A program made the translations under genes and the position numbers. A DNA stretch of 14,327 nt from Candidatus Latescibacterota bacterium (GTDB lineage: Bacteria > Latescibacterota > UBA2968): assembly GCA_038279365.1 (NCBI GenBank), contig JAYODI010000113.1:1-14327 (forward strand). Reading direction: 5' to 3'. Of this stretch, positions 1 to 6,618 are shown one piece after another. The stretch's first letter is position 1, and each line of letters starts with the position of its first letter. The notes under the pieces were generated by a model. That model made no database searches, was not told the origin of the DNA, and was given only the letters and a program-made list of their open reading frames with translations.

Positions 1-1
1 G

Positions 2-538
2 GCTGTGACGGCTTTGCGTTTTAATGAGATGTTGCGTTATGAATGTGAAGGGCGCACAGAACCTGCCGAAATTTTGGATGGGCTCAATGCCTCATTGGAA
101 GATCAAATTGATTTGGCAACATTTATTACGTGTTGTGTGGTGGTGTTGGATGTGTCAACGGGTGAGGTACAAGTGGCCAATGCGGGGCATTGCCCACCCG
201 TGTTGGTAAAAGACACGGCTGAGTTGGTCGATTTGAATGGGTATCCATTGGGGTTACCTAAAATTGTACGACCCGACGAGCCATATGATACGGTTTGTTT
301 TGCCTTGTCGCCTGGTGACCGTTTGGTGTTGTATTCTGATGGTGTGGTTGAAGCACAAAACGCCCGTCATCATTTGTTTGATGATGATCGTTTTTTGCGT
401 TTGCTTGAACGAGCAGGTGCAGAAATGACATCTGAAGATCTTATTCAGAAGACTGTGACACAGGTGACATCTTTTATTGGTGATGCACCGCGTACAGATG
501 ATATAACCATGGTGGTTTTGCAACGAGAGGTTTCATGA
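2..538 (+). CDS. PP2C/SpoIIE-family serine phosphatase (RsbU-like), C-terminal part; 5' end lies outside the window
   Basis: Frame is open from the window edge. Motifs FITC, ANAGHCPP, LGL, GDRLVLYSDGVVEA and DDITMVV are typical of the SpoIIE/PP2C domain. The stop TGA overlaps the thiI ATG (ATGA, 535-538). Confidence 0.92.
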   Translation, partial: AVTALRFNEMLRYECEGRTEPAEILDGLNASLEDQIDLATFITCCVVVLDVSTGEVQVANAGHCPPVLVKDTAELVDLNGYPLGLPKIVRPDEPYDTVCFALSPGDRLVLYSDGVVEAQNARHHLFDDDRFLRLLERAGAEMTSEDLIQKTVTQVTSFIGDAPRTDDITMVVLQREVS

Positions 539-1701
539 AGAACGAAAGATTGTTTTTAATTCACTATCACGAAATTGGTTTAAAAGGAAAAAACCGTACT
601 CGCTTTGAGCAGCGCCTACAACGCAACGTTGATCGGGCATTAAAAGGTATTCCGCGTGGTTCTGTGCGGCGTATGTTTGGTCGTATGACTTTGGAGCTTA
701 CCCCCGATTCACCTGTGGATGTGATTCGAGATCGTTTGTCACATGTGTGTGGCATTGCCAATTTTGCAGAGGCTGTGACGGTTGAACGCACGATTGAATC
801 GCTGCGAGAAACGGCTTGGGCATTGGCGGAAAAAGCAAAATTTGGATCATTTCGCATTACGGCCAAACGAAGCGATAAATCGTTTTATATGAATTCGGAT
901 GAGATATGTCGTGATGTGGGTGCTTATGTTAAAGAGCGCTCGGGTGCTCAGGTGAAGATGAAAGATGCCGACTTGGAAATTTATATTGAGATTACCACGT
1001 CGCGGTTGTTTATGTATGCCGAAAAAATACCTGCTCCAGGGGGATTACCTGTTGATACGAAGGAGCGGGCGATGAGTTTGATTTCTTCGGGGATTGATTC
1101 ACCGGTGGCTTCTTATAAGTTGATGAAGCGGGGCGTTCATTTAAGTTTTGTACATTTTCACAGCCAACCTTATACCAATAAAAACTCTCAGCGCAACACA
1201 GAAGAATTGGTGCAGGTATTGAACAGATATCAGTATGTGTCGGATTTGTATTTGGTGCCGTTTGTAGAGATTCAACGACACATCATGACCGAAGCCATTG
1301 CAAGTTATCGAGTGATTCTGTATCGGCGCTGTATGGTGCGCATTGCGGCGGCTTTGGCTGAGCAGGCAAATTGTCAGGCGTTGGTGACGGGGGATAATGT
1401 GGGGCAAGTGGCATCACAAACACTGGCCAACATACGGGCCATTGAAGAGGTGACACTGATGCCTATTTTGCGGCCTTTGGCGGGTGATAATAAAGATGAG
1501 ATTATTGAGCAGGCGCGAAAGATTGGTACGTATGAATTGTCGATTGAGCCATATGAAGACTGTTGTTCGGTGTTTGTGCCCAAACACCCAGAGACACGGG
1601 CGAAGTTGGATATGGTGCATAAGATTGAATCGCGGCTTCGTTTGGATGAAATGATTGCACAAACGCTTGAGCAGGTGGAGACAAAGACCTTTAAGTTTTA
1701 A
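535..1701 (+). CDS. thiI: tRNA 4-thiouridine(8) synthase ThiI, short form without rhodanese domain, 388 aa
   Basis: N-terminal YHEIGLKGKNR, THUMP region (SFRITAKRSDK), GGLP, PP-loop ISSGIDSPVA, GQVASQTL, LRPL and EDCC. Confidence 0.96.
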   Translation: MKNERLFLIHYHEIGLKGKNRTRFEQRLQRNVDRALKGIPRGSVRRMFGRMTLELTPDSPVDVIRDRLSHVCGIANFAEAVTVERTIESLRETAWALAEKAKFGSFRITAKRSDKSFYMNSDEICRDVGAYVKERSGAQVKMKDADLEIYIEITTSRLFMYAEKIPAPGGLPVDTKERAMSLISSGIDSPVASYKLMKRGVHLSFVHFHSQPYTNKNSQRNTEELVQVLNRYQYVSDLYLVPFVEIQRHIMTEAIASYRVILYRRCMVRIAAALAEQANCQALVTGDNVGQVASQTLANIRAIEEVTLMPILRPLAGDNKDEIIEQARKIGTYELSIEPYEDCCSVFVPKHPETRAKLDMVHKIESRLRLDEMIAQTLEQVETKTFKF

Positions 1702-1792
1702 AATCAAAAGGTAGATGGCAAAAGGCAGATGAAAAAGCGGATACTGAATCATCAGGACACATATAACAAAAGTACTGTTTTTAAAAAAACCG

Positions 1793-1821
1793 TTGACTTT
1801 TCAATTTGATGCCTGTAACTT
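1793..1821 (+). promoter_or_regulatory. Putative sigma70 promoter of the leu leader/leuA transcript
   Basis: TTGACT (1793-1798), 17-bp spacer, TAACTT (1816-1821), about 40 nt upstream of the first leader ATG. Confidence 0.6.
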
Positions 1822-1859
1822 TTGGCACAGTCAACCATACATTTATCTTTGAGAAAAAA

Positions 1860-1949
1860 ATGACCATCCCTTACACACACCTTCATCTTCTCCTTCTAAG
1901 CCTACTTGGTTTGTTCCAAGAAACGGTAGTTGGAGAGGCGTGTGTATAG
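1860..1949 (+). CDS. Leucine-rich attenuator leader peptide 1, 29 aa: MTIPYTHLHLLLLSLLGLFQETVVGEACV
   Basis: Hand translation: 8 Leu within codons 8-18, two of them CTA. Followed by an intrinsic terminator and located upstream of leuA. Below the ORF-track length cutoff. Confidence 0.85.
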   Translation: MTIPYTHLHLLLLSLLGLFQETVVGEACV

Positions 1950-1969
1950 ATTTTGGTAGATTAAAACAC

Positions 1970-2007
1970 AAACCCTCGCTGCCGTTGGCAGCGGGGGTTT
2001 TTTGTTT
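1970..2007 (+). terminator. Attenuator terminator 1
   Basis: Stem AAACCCTCGCTGCC, loop GTT, GGCAGCGGGGGTTT, followed by a T run. Confidence 0.9.
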
Positions 2008-2057
2008 AAAACATACAAAACAAAAAGCAATTTCAATTAAAACAGGTTTTAAATATC

Positions 2058-2144
2058 ATGAAAAATATGCTTCTATACATCCTTCTACTTACAATCGACC
2101 TCCTACTTACAGGAGGTTCGGCAGGGGGCTTGGTGCGGCTTTAA
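2058..2144 (+). CDS. Leucine-rich attenuator leader peptide 2, 28 aa: MKNMLLYILLLTIDLLLTGGSAGGLVRL
   Basis: Hand translation: 10 Leu, in LL/LLL/LLL runs that each contain a CTA codon. Followed by a second terminator just before the leuA RBS. Confidence 0.85.
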   Translation: MKNMLLYILLLTIDLLLTGGSAGGLVRL

Positions 2145-2173
2145 CAACATGCACCATGAGCATATTTTATCCC

Positions 2174-2216
2174 ACCCGCTGCCGTATTCGTCGTCAGCGG
2201 GTTTTTATTTTTTATT
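2174..2216 (+). terminator. Attenuator terminator 2
   Basis: Stem ACCCGCTG(C)CG, loop TATTCGT, CG(T)CAGCGGGT, then TTTTATTTTTTATT. The left arm CCCGCTGCCG can alternatively pair with CGGCAGGGGG (2119-2128), a candidate antiterminator. Confidence 0.88.
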
Positions 2217-2229
2217 AAGGAGTTTAATC

Positions 2230-3771
2230 ATGTCTAACAAAATCGTTGTATTTGACACCACTTTAAGAGATGGCGAACAAGCTGCAGGCACACGTTTGGG
2301 CGCCCGTGAAAAACTCACCATTGCCCGACAGTTGGAACGTTTGCAAGTGGATGTTATTGAAGCTGGGTTTCCGGCCTCATCCCCTGAAGATGCCGCAGCA
2401 GTGGCCTTAATTGCTCAAGAAGTGCGCAACCCCATTGTTTGTGGTCTGACGCGTGCCGTTAAAGCCGATATTGATGCATGCGCCAAAGCATTGGAAAAAG
2501 CCTCTCGCCCACGTATTCACACAGGTATTGGTGTGTCGGATATTCATGTGATGGGCAAATTTGGAGACATCAAATATGGGAAAACCATTGCGGAAAAAAA
2601 GACACGCATCTTGGACATGGCCGTCAATGCCGTGCGTCATGCTCGCACCTATGTGGATGATGTTGAATTTTATGCAGAAGATGCAGGGCGTGCCGATCGG
2701 GCGTATTTGTTTGCCATGATTCAAGCCGTCATTGAAGCGGGTGCTACCGTTGTCAACATTCCCGACACCACAGGGTACACCTTGCCCGATCAATATGGTG
2801 CGCTCATTCGCAGTCTGACGGAACACGTGCCCAACATCAAACAAGCGATTATTAGTGTGCATTGTCACAACGACTTGGGTTTGGCTGTTGCCAATACCTT
2901 GTCGGGTTTGCAAAATGGTGCAGGGCAGTTTGAAGGCACGCTCAACGGCATTGGAGAACGCGCAGGCAATGCCGCATTAGAAGAAGTGGTGATGGCACTG
3001 CGCACCCGCCAAGATGCCATTGGATTGGATACAAACATCAACACAAAAGAATTTTATCGCACAAGCCGAATGGTATCAGACGCAATGGGCATGCCCGTTT
3101 CGGCAAACAAAGCCATTATTGGCGAAAACGCCTTTGCACACAGCTCGGGTATTCATGTAGATGGTGTATTAAAAGAACGCACCACTTATGAAATTATGTC
3201 ACCTGAAGATGTGGGCATGTCACACTCACAAGTGGTGCTCACCGCACGCACAGGTCGCCATGGTGTCAAACATCGCTTGGAAGAATTGGGCCACATTGTT
3301 TCAACGGAAGAACTCGAACAAATTTATCAACGGTTCTTGGTGGTTGCCGACAAAAAACGCGAAGTCTTCGACGACGACCTCATTGCCATCTTGCACGATG
3401 AAATTCGCGATCAGCCCGAAATATATCGATTAGAAGAATTTCAAATTACAACCGGCACCAGATCGATGCCCACGGCATCGGTCAAATTGTGCATCAACGA
3501 CCAAGCACATGAAGGCGCGGCCACAGGTGCTGGCCCTGTGGATGCTCTTTTTATAGCCATTGCATCGGTGGCCGACATCGCACCCAAATTGGTCGATTAT
3601 GACATTCGCTCTGTCACCAGTGGCACAGAGGCTATGGGTGAAGTTTCGGTGAAATTATCTGCAAACAATCGCCAGGTGGTTGGGCGTGGTGCGGCTACAG
3701 ATATTATAGAAGCCAGTGCCAAAGCATATTTGGATGGTTTGAACAAATTGGCACACACCATAAAAATATAA
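2230..3771 (+). CDS. leuA: 2-isopropylmalate synthase, 513 aa
   Basis: [57 protein letters not shown] and a C-terminal regulatory domain (GPVDA). Start placed at ATG 2230 behind AAGGAG (2217-2222), not at 2149. Confidence 0.96.
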   Translation: MSNKIVVFDTTLRDGEQAAGTRLGAREKLTIARQLERLQVDVIEAGFPASSPEDAAAVALIAQEVRNPIVCGLTRAVKADIDACAKALEKASRPRIHTGIGVSDIHVMGKFGDIKYGKTIAEKKTRILDMAVNAVRHARTYVDDVEFYAEDAGRADRAYLFAMIQAVIEAGATVVNIPDTTGYTLPDQYGALIRSLTEHVPNIKQAIISVHCHNDLGLAVANTLSGLQNGAGQFEGTLNGIGERAGNAALEEVVMALRTRQDAIGLDTNINTKEFYRTSRMVSDAMGMPVSANKAIIGENAFAHSSGIHVDGVLKERTTYEIMSPEDVGMSHSQVVLTARTGRHGVKHRLEELGHIVSTEELEQIYQRFLVVADKKREVFDDDLIAILHDEIRDQPEIYRLEEFQITTGTRSMPTASVKLCINDQAHEGAATGAGPVDALFIAIASVADIAPKLVDYDIRSVTSGTEAMGEVSVKLSANNRQVVGRGAATDIIEASAKAYLDGLNKLAHTIKI

Positions 3772-3940
3772 AATTACAACCTGTAACCACTGGCAAAGTG
3801 TCTGTCATTCACCAGCACAAAGTTGCCACCACGTGATGGTGTTATCGCAAAATCAAACCGTCTCAAAGACCATTTATGTATCCAAACGATTGGTTAATTT
3901 TGTAACGACATCATCAATGATTGCAATCGCAAAGGATAAA

Positions 3941-3978
3941 ATAAAGCGTTGAATAGCATATTCAGCGCTTTTATTTTT
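3941..3978 (+). terminator. Intrinsic terminator downstream of leuA
   Basis: AAAGCGTTGAATA-GCA-TATTCAGCGCTTT then TATTTTT. One G-U pair favours the + strand. Confidence 0.8.
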
Positions 3979-3981
3979 AAA

Positions 3982-4205
3982 GTTAGATGCGTGTATAACC
4001 AAAAAAATATTCCAAATACATCTAACTTTACAAGAAAAAAATATTTAACTCACATTAAAAACAATGTTTTATGTTTGTGTTAGATGTTTGTATATTCCTA
4101 CAAAAAAAATCTAACAATAGACTTGCATGTAAATGGTTATATGCCTATATTATGGGTGTCAGTGGTAAATACGGCTATTTTTTAACGGTTAGATATTCAT
4201 CGAAC
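3982..4205. promoter_or_regulatory. Array of GTTAGAT/ATCTAAC operator-like half sites upstream of the ArsR-family gene
   Basis: GTTAGAT at 3982, 4079 and 4188; ATCTAAC at 4020 and 4109. Near-palindrome GTTAGAT-ATTC-ATCGAAC at 4188-4205. Confidence 0.65.
4123..4151 (+). promoter_or_regulatory. Putative sigma70 promoter of the ArsR-family gene
   Basis: TTGCAT (4123-4128), 17-bp spacer, TATATT (4146-4151). Confidence 0.6.
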
Positions 4206-4220
4206 AAACGGAGTAGTTAA

Positions 4221-5453
4221 ATGGCATTTGCCTTTAATACCAATTCGCAACCCCAAGACAAGTTCAAATTTGTGGTTGGTTTGCGATTTGAACTGTTTTA
4301 CGCACTCCAAACACTCACATATCACAGCACACCAACTTGTGACGATGGCAAACGCATTGGTATGCATTTGGGTTGGAAACAAAAAACGCTTCAAAAATTG
4401 CCACAGGCCTTTCATGACAATTTTAAAACCTTGGGTGGTTCACCGCATTTTTGGCCAGCAATTGCTGATGCATTGGAGTACTGCCCCATTGAAGCTTCTT
4501 TTGAAGACATCATCACCTATCTCAAAAATCTCGATCCATCCGATTTTCGAGAATCTATTTTGGTGGGCACCTTGCACGAGCAAGACATTGTTAACGATTT
4601 GATCTCGGGTGCCAAAACCTTAGCAGATGTTTCTGAAAACGCACCCGAGCAAGAACAAAAGTGGCTTGAATTTTTAGGATTAAGACCCTATCAGGCAGAT
4701 GCCGACATTGTCAAAGCTATGAACAGTCTTATCCATACGCCCGAGGCATTCAAAAACACACTCGTAGAAACGCTTCGCCTCATTTGGGATATTGAACTGG
4801 AATCTATTTGGTTGTCTGAATATCCACAACTGGTCAAATCGATAGAAGAAAAGAAACGGCTCTTTGAAACCTATACATTGCCAGAGTTTTTAGAACGTGC
4901 CTTAGACAATGACAAAACTGTTGCCATGAAAATTGATGAGGAAAATCAAACCCTTGTCTGTTGCAAAGGCCAGTTCCGAATTCCTTTTCATAAGCTGGGC
5001 AGTTTCTCGCTCATGCCGTCTATTTTTAACAGCATGAGATTCTGGACATTTTACGAATATGGTGATTATACCAACATCTTTCTCCCCTACTTTGTCTATG
5101 ACTTAACCCTTGATGGTGATGAAGAAACATCACCTGAAAACGTTGTGTCGATCTCATCCAACGGCAAACGGGTGCCCGAAATGAATCCGTCACTCATATT
5201 TAAAGCCTTAGGTGACAACACCCGATATGCCATTATTGCACACATTGCTCAAACACCGTGTACTGCAGCAGAACTTTCAAAAATATTAAAAGTATCCAAA
5301 CCCACGATTTCACATCACGTTCAATTATTGCGCGAGGCTGGGTTGTTACTTGAAGAACCTGCAGCACGATCTATTCAATTATCGCTCAAGCGCGAAGTAA
5401 TTGAACATTTGTCTCAAGCAACAGTTGGAAATCTTTTTAGCAGTGTAAATTAG
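4221..5453 (+). CDS. ArsR/SmtB-family transcriptional regulator with C-terminal winged HTH and long N-terminal domain, 410 aa
   Basis: C-terminal FKALGDNTRYAII...TAAELSKILKVSKPTISHHVQLLREAGLL is a typical ArsR HTH. RBS GGAG at 4210-4213. Confidence 0.88.
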   Translation: MAFAFNTNSQPQDKFKFVVGLRFELFYALQTLTYHSTPTCDDGKRIGMHLGWKQKTLQKLPQAFHDNFKTLGGSPHFWPAIADALEYCPIEASFEDIITYLKNLDPSDFRESILVGTLHEQDIVNDLISGAKTLADVSENAPEQEQKWLEFLGLRPYQADADIVKAMNSLIHTPEAFKNTLVETLRLIWDIELESIWLSEYPQLVKSIEEKKRLFETYTLPEFLERALDNDKTVAMKIDEENQTLVCCKGQFRIPFHKLGSFSLMPSIFNSMRFWTFYEYGDYTNIFLPYFVYDLTLDGDEETSPENVVSISSNGKRVPEMNPSLIFKALGDNTRYAIIAHIAQTPCTAAELSKILKVSKPTISHHVQLLREAGLLLEEPAARSIQLSLKREVIEHLSQATVGNLFSSVN

Positions 5454-5522
5454 CTGAAACCTGTTGCTTTTTATACAGTCTAAATTCCGGAAAACTTGTC
5501 GCTGATCAGCGCAAATGCCAAC

Positions 5523-5559
5523 AAAAAAAACCTCTGTGCGCAGGATGCACACGGAGGTT
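5523..5559 (-). terminator. Intrinsic terminator on the minus strand
   Basis: 14-bp stem with one mismatch (AACCTCCGTGTGCA-TCC-TGCGCACAGAGGTT). Plus-strand A8 at 5523-5530 gives a U tract on the minus strand only. Confidence 0.75.
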
Positions 5560-5695
5560 GATAAACCCATAGGAGGGTTTGGCTTTGCGTAATAAAAAAA
5601 TAAAATAGAGTGCCCGAACCGACTTGCAAAAGGCCTGGTAAGCAACAAGCAAGCTGGTTTCCCCGGCGCAGGGACCGTATTTAAACGGGGGCACT
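5523..5695 (-). ncRNA. Candidate small non-coding RNA of about 173 nt with a 5' four-way-junction domain; family not recognised
   Basis: Has its own promoter, and the predicted +1 falls on the first base of the closing stem. Four helices, a U-rich linker, a CCUCCU-containing hairpin and a terminator. No convincing ORF. Confidence 0.6.
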
Positions 5696-5701
5696 GCTGT
5701 T

Positions 5702-5729
5702 AATATAACAGACATGCCTCCATTTGCAA
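5702..5729 (-). promoter_or_regulatory. Putative sigma70 promoter with extended -10 driving the candidate sRNA
   Basis: Minus strand: TTGCAA (5729-5724), 16-bp spacer ending in TGT, TATATT (5707-5702). Predicted +1 near A at 5695. Confidence 0.65.
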
Positions 5730-5757
5730 AGGGTTTGTATTCTCTTGGAGGTTTAAA

Positions 5758-6435
5758 ATGTTGAAGCTTATTCAAAACGGCGCATTGTTTATGCTGTTGT
5801 TCTTGGTAGGATGTGGTTCTGGCATTACCCATTCATCGGGGTCACCCGATTTGTCAACGCTGCCTTTTACATTAACGACGGATGTGGGTGAAAATCTTGT
5901 GCATTATTTTTCACCACAGGCAACCAAACCGCCTGTTAACCGGCAGTTGCCAAACCGCATTTATCGTTTTGATTTTGTCGAGCATGAACGAACACTTTCA
6001 TCGGATGGCAATGGTGTTATTAGCGGGGCATTTTTATTTAGCATCAACAATCAGCCCGCGCAACGCGGTTTGATTGAGCTGACCTATACATCCGATGGTT
6101 CCATATGGCGCAAAACCAATAACGTTCGCATTGTGCAAACAGATATAGAAGCCATTACACTGATTGCCAATGTGCACGACAGTGAAAGTGGCTTGCCCCT
6201 ACAAAACGTGGCTGTTGAAGCACGACGCCCTGATGGAGTGCGCACATCCAGAATCGTTCGCACAGATGAATTTGGTGTGGCAACCTTAGAAGTTTTGGCT
6301 GGTGATTTTGAAATTGTGGTTGATCACCCCAATTTTCAACCCATTTCGCTGACCACCATCCGTGCAGATATGGCACAAGTAAAAATAGAAGACATTAAAC
6401 TTGCACCCATTAACAAACTGATTCGCACACCTTAA
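5758..6435 (+). CDS. Putative lipoprotein with C-terminal carboxypeptidase-regulatory-like (beta-sandwich) domain, 225 aa
   Basis: RBS GGAGGT (5747-5752); signal peptide with lipobox LVGC (Cys19). C-terminal VHDSESGLPLQNVAV...TDEFG...GDFEIVVDHPNF fits the CarboxypepD_reg-like pattern. Confidence 0.75.
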   Translation: MLKLIQNGALFMLLFLVGCGSGITHSSGSPDLSTLPFTLTTDVGENLVHYFSPQATKPPVNRQLPNRIYRFDFVEHERTLSSDGNGVISGAFLFSINNQPAQRGLIELTYTSDGSIWRKTNNVRIVQTDIEAITLIANVHDSESGLPLQNVAVEARRPDGVRTSRIVRTDEFGVATLEVLAGDFEIVVDHPNFQPISLTTIRADMAQVKIEDIKLAPINKLIRTP

Positions 6436-6505
6436 AAAAATAGCGTTCATTAGAACGCCCCGGTGGGTAGTGATTGATTGAACCCTTTCCTTCTACCCAT
6501 CCTTT

Positions 6506-6544
6506 AGAGGACGCCCGGTTGCCCGACTGGGGGTCCTCTTTTTT
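6506..6544 (+). terminator. Intrinsic terminator on the + strand
   Basis: AGAGGAC-G-CCCGGTTG...CGACTGGG-G-GTCCTCT followed by a T run. Confidence 0.75.
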
Positions 6545-6546
6545 AT

Positions 6547-6577
6547 AAAAAAAGCACACCCTTGTGGTGTGCTTTTT
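6547..6577. terminator. Bidirectional terminator between the convergent genes
   Basis: AAAAAGCACACC-CTTGT-GGTGTGCTTTTT with an A tract before and a T tract after. Confidence 0.8.
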
Positions 6578-6618
6578 GTTTGAGGCCCTGCATAATAGGT
6601 ATTCGCAATTAAAACCTT

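Noticed and set aside
1705-1731. Tandem repeat CAAAAGG(T/C)AGATG with 14-nt period after thiI
   Set aside because: Only two copies and no palindromic partner; too short to interpret.
1940-2218. 92-aa ORF across the leader region
   Set aside because: No RBS or recognisable domain; it overlaps both terminators and leader 2 in another frame.
2149-2229. 27-aa N-terminal extension of LeuA in the ORF track
   Set aside because: It runs through attenuator terminator 2. The AAGGAG RBS and the typical LeuA N-terminus point to ATG 2230.
3772-3940. Small ORF or RNA in the 170-nt leuA 3' region
   Set aside because: Only very short ORFs without an RBS, and no convincing stems before the terminator.
3982-4205. 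CRISPR array or dif site in the AT-rich spacer
   Set aside because: Repeats are only 7 bp, in both orientations and irregularly spaced; no cas genes; no XerD arm TTATGTTAAAT.
5609-5695. tRNA (including tRNA-Sec), SRP RNA, 6S RNA or a known riboswitch
   Set aside because: No T-loop GTTCGA in the proper arm, no CCA end, no SRP GGAA-loop core, no long 6S-like rod, and no riboswitch consensus that I recognise.
5506-5832. 108-aa and 89-aa minus-strand ORFs over the sRNA region
   Set aside because: They overlap real genes on the opposite strand, cross A/T tracts and hairpins, and show no protein-like features.
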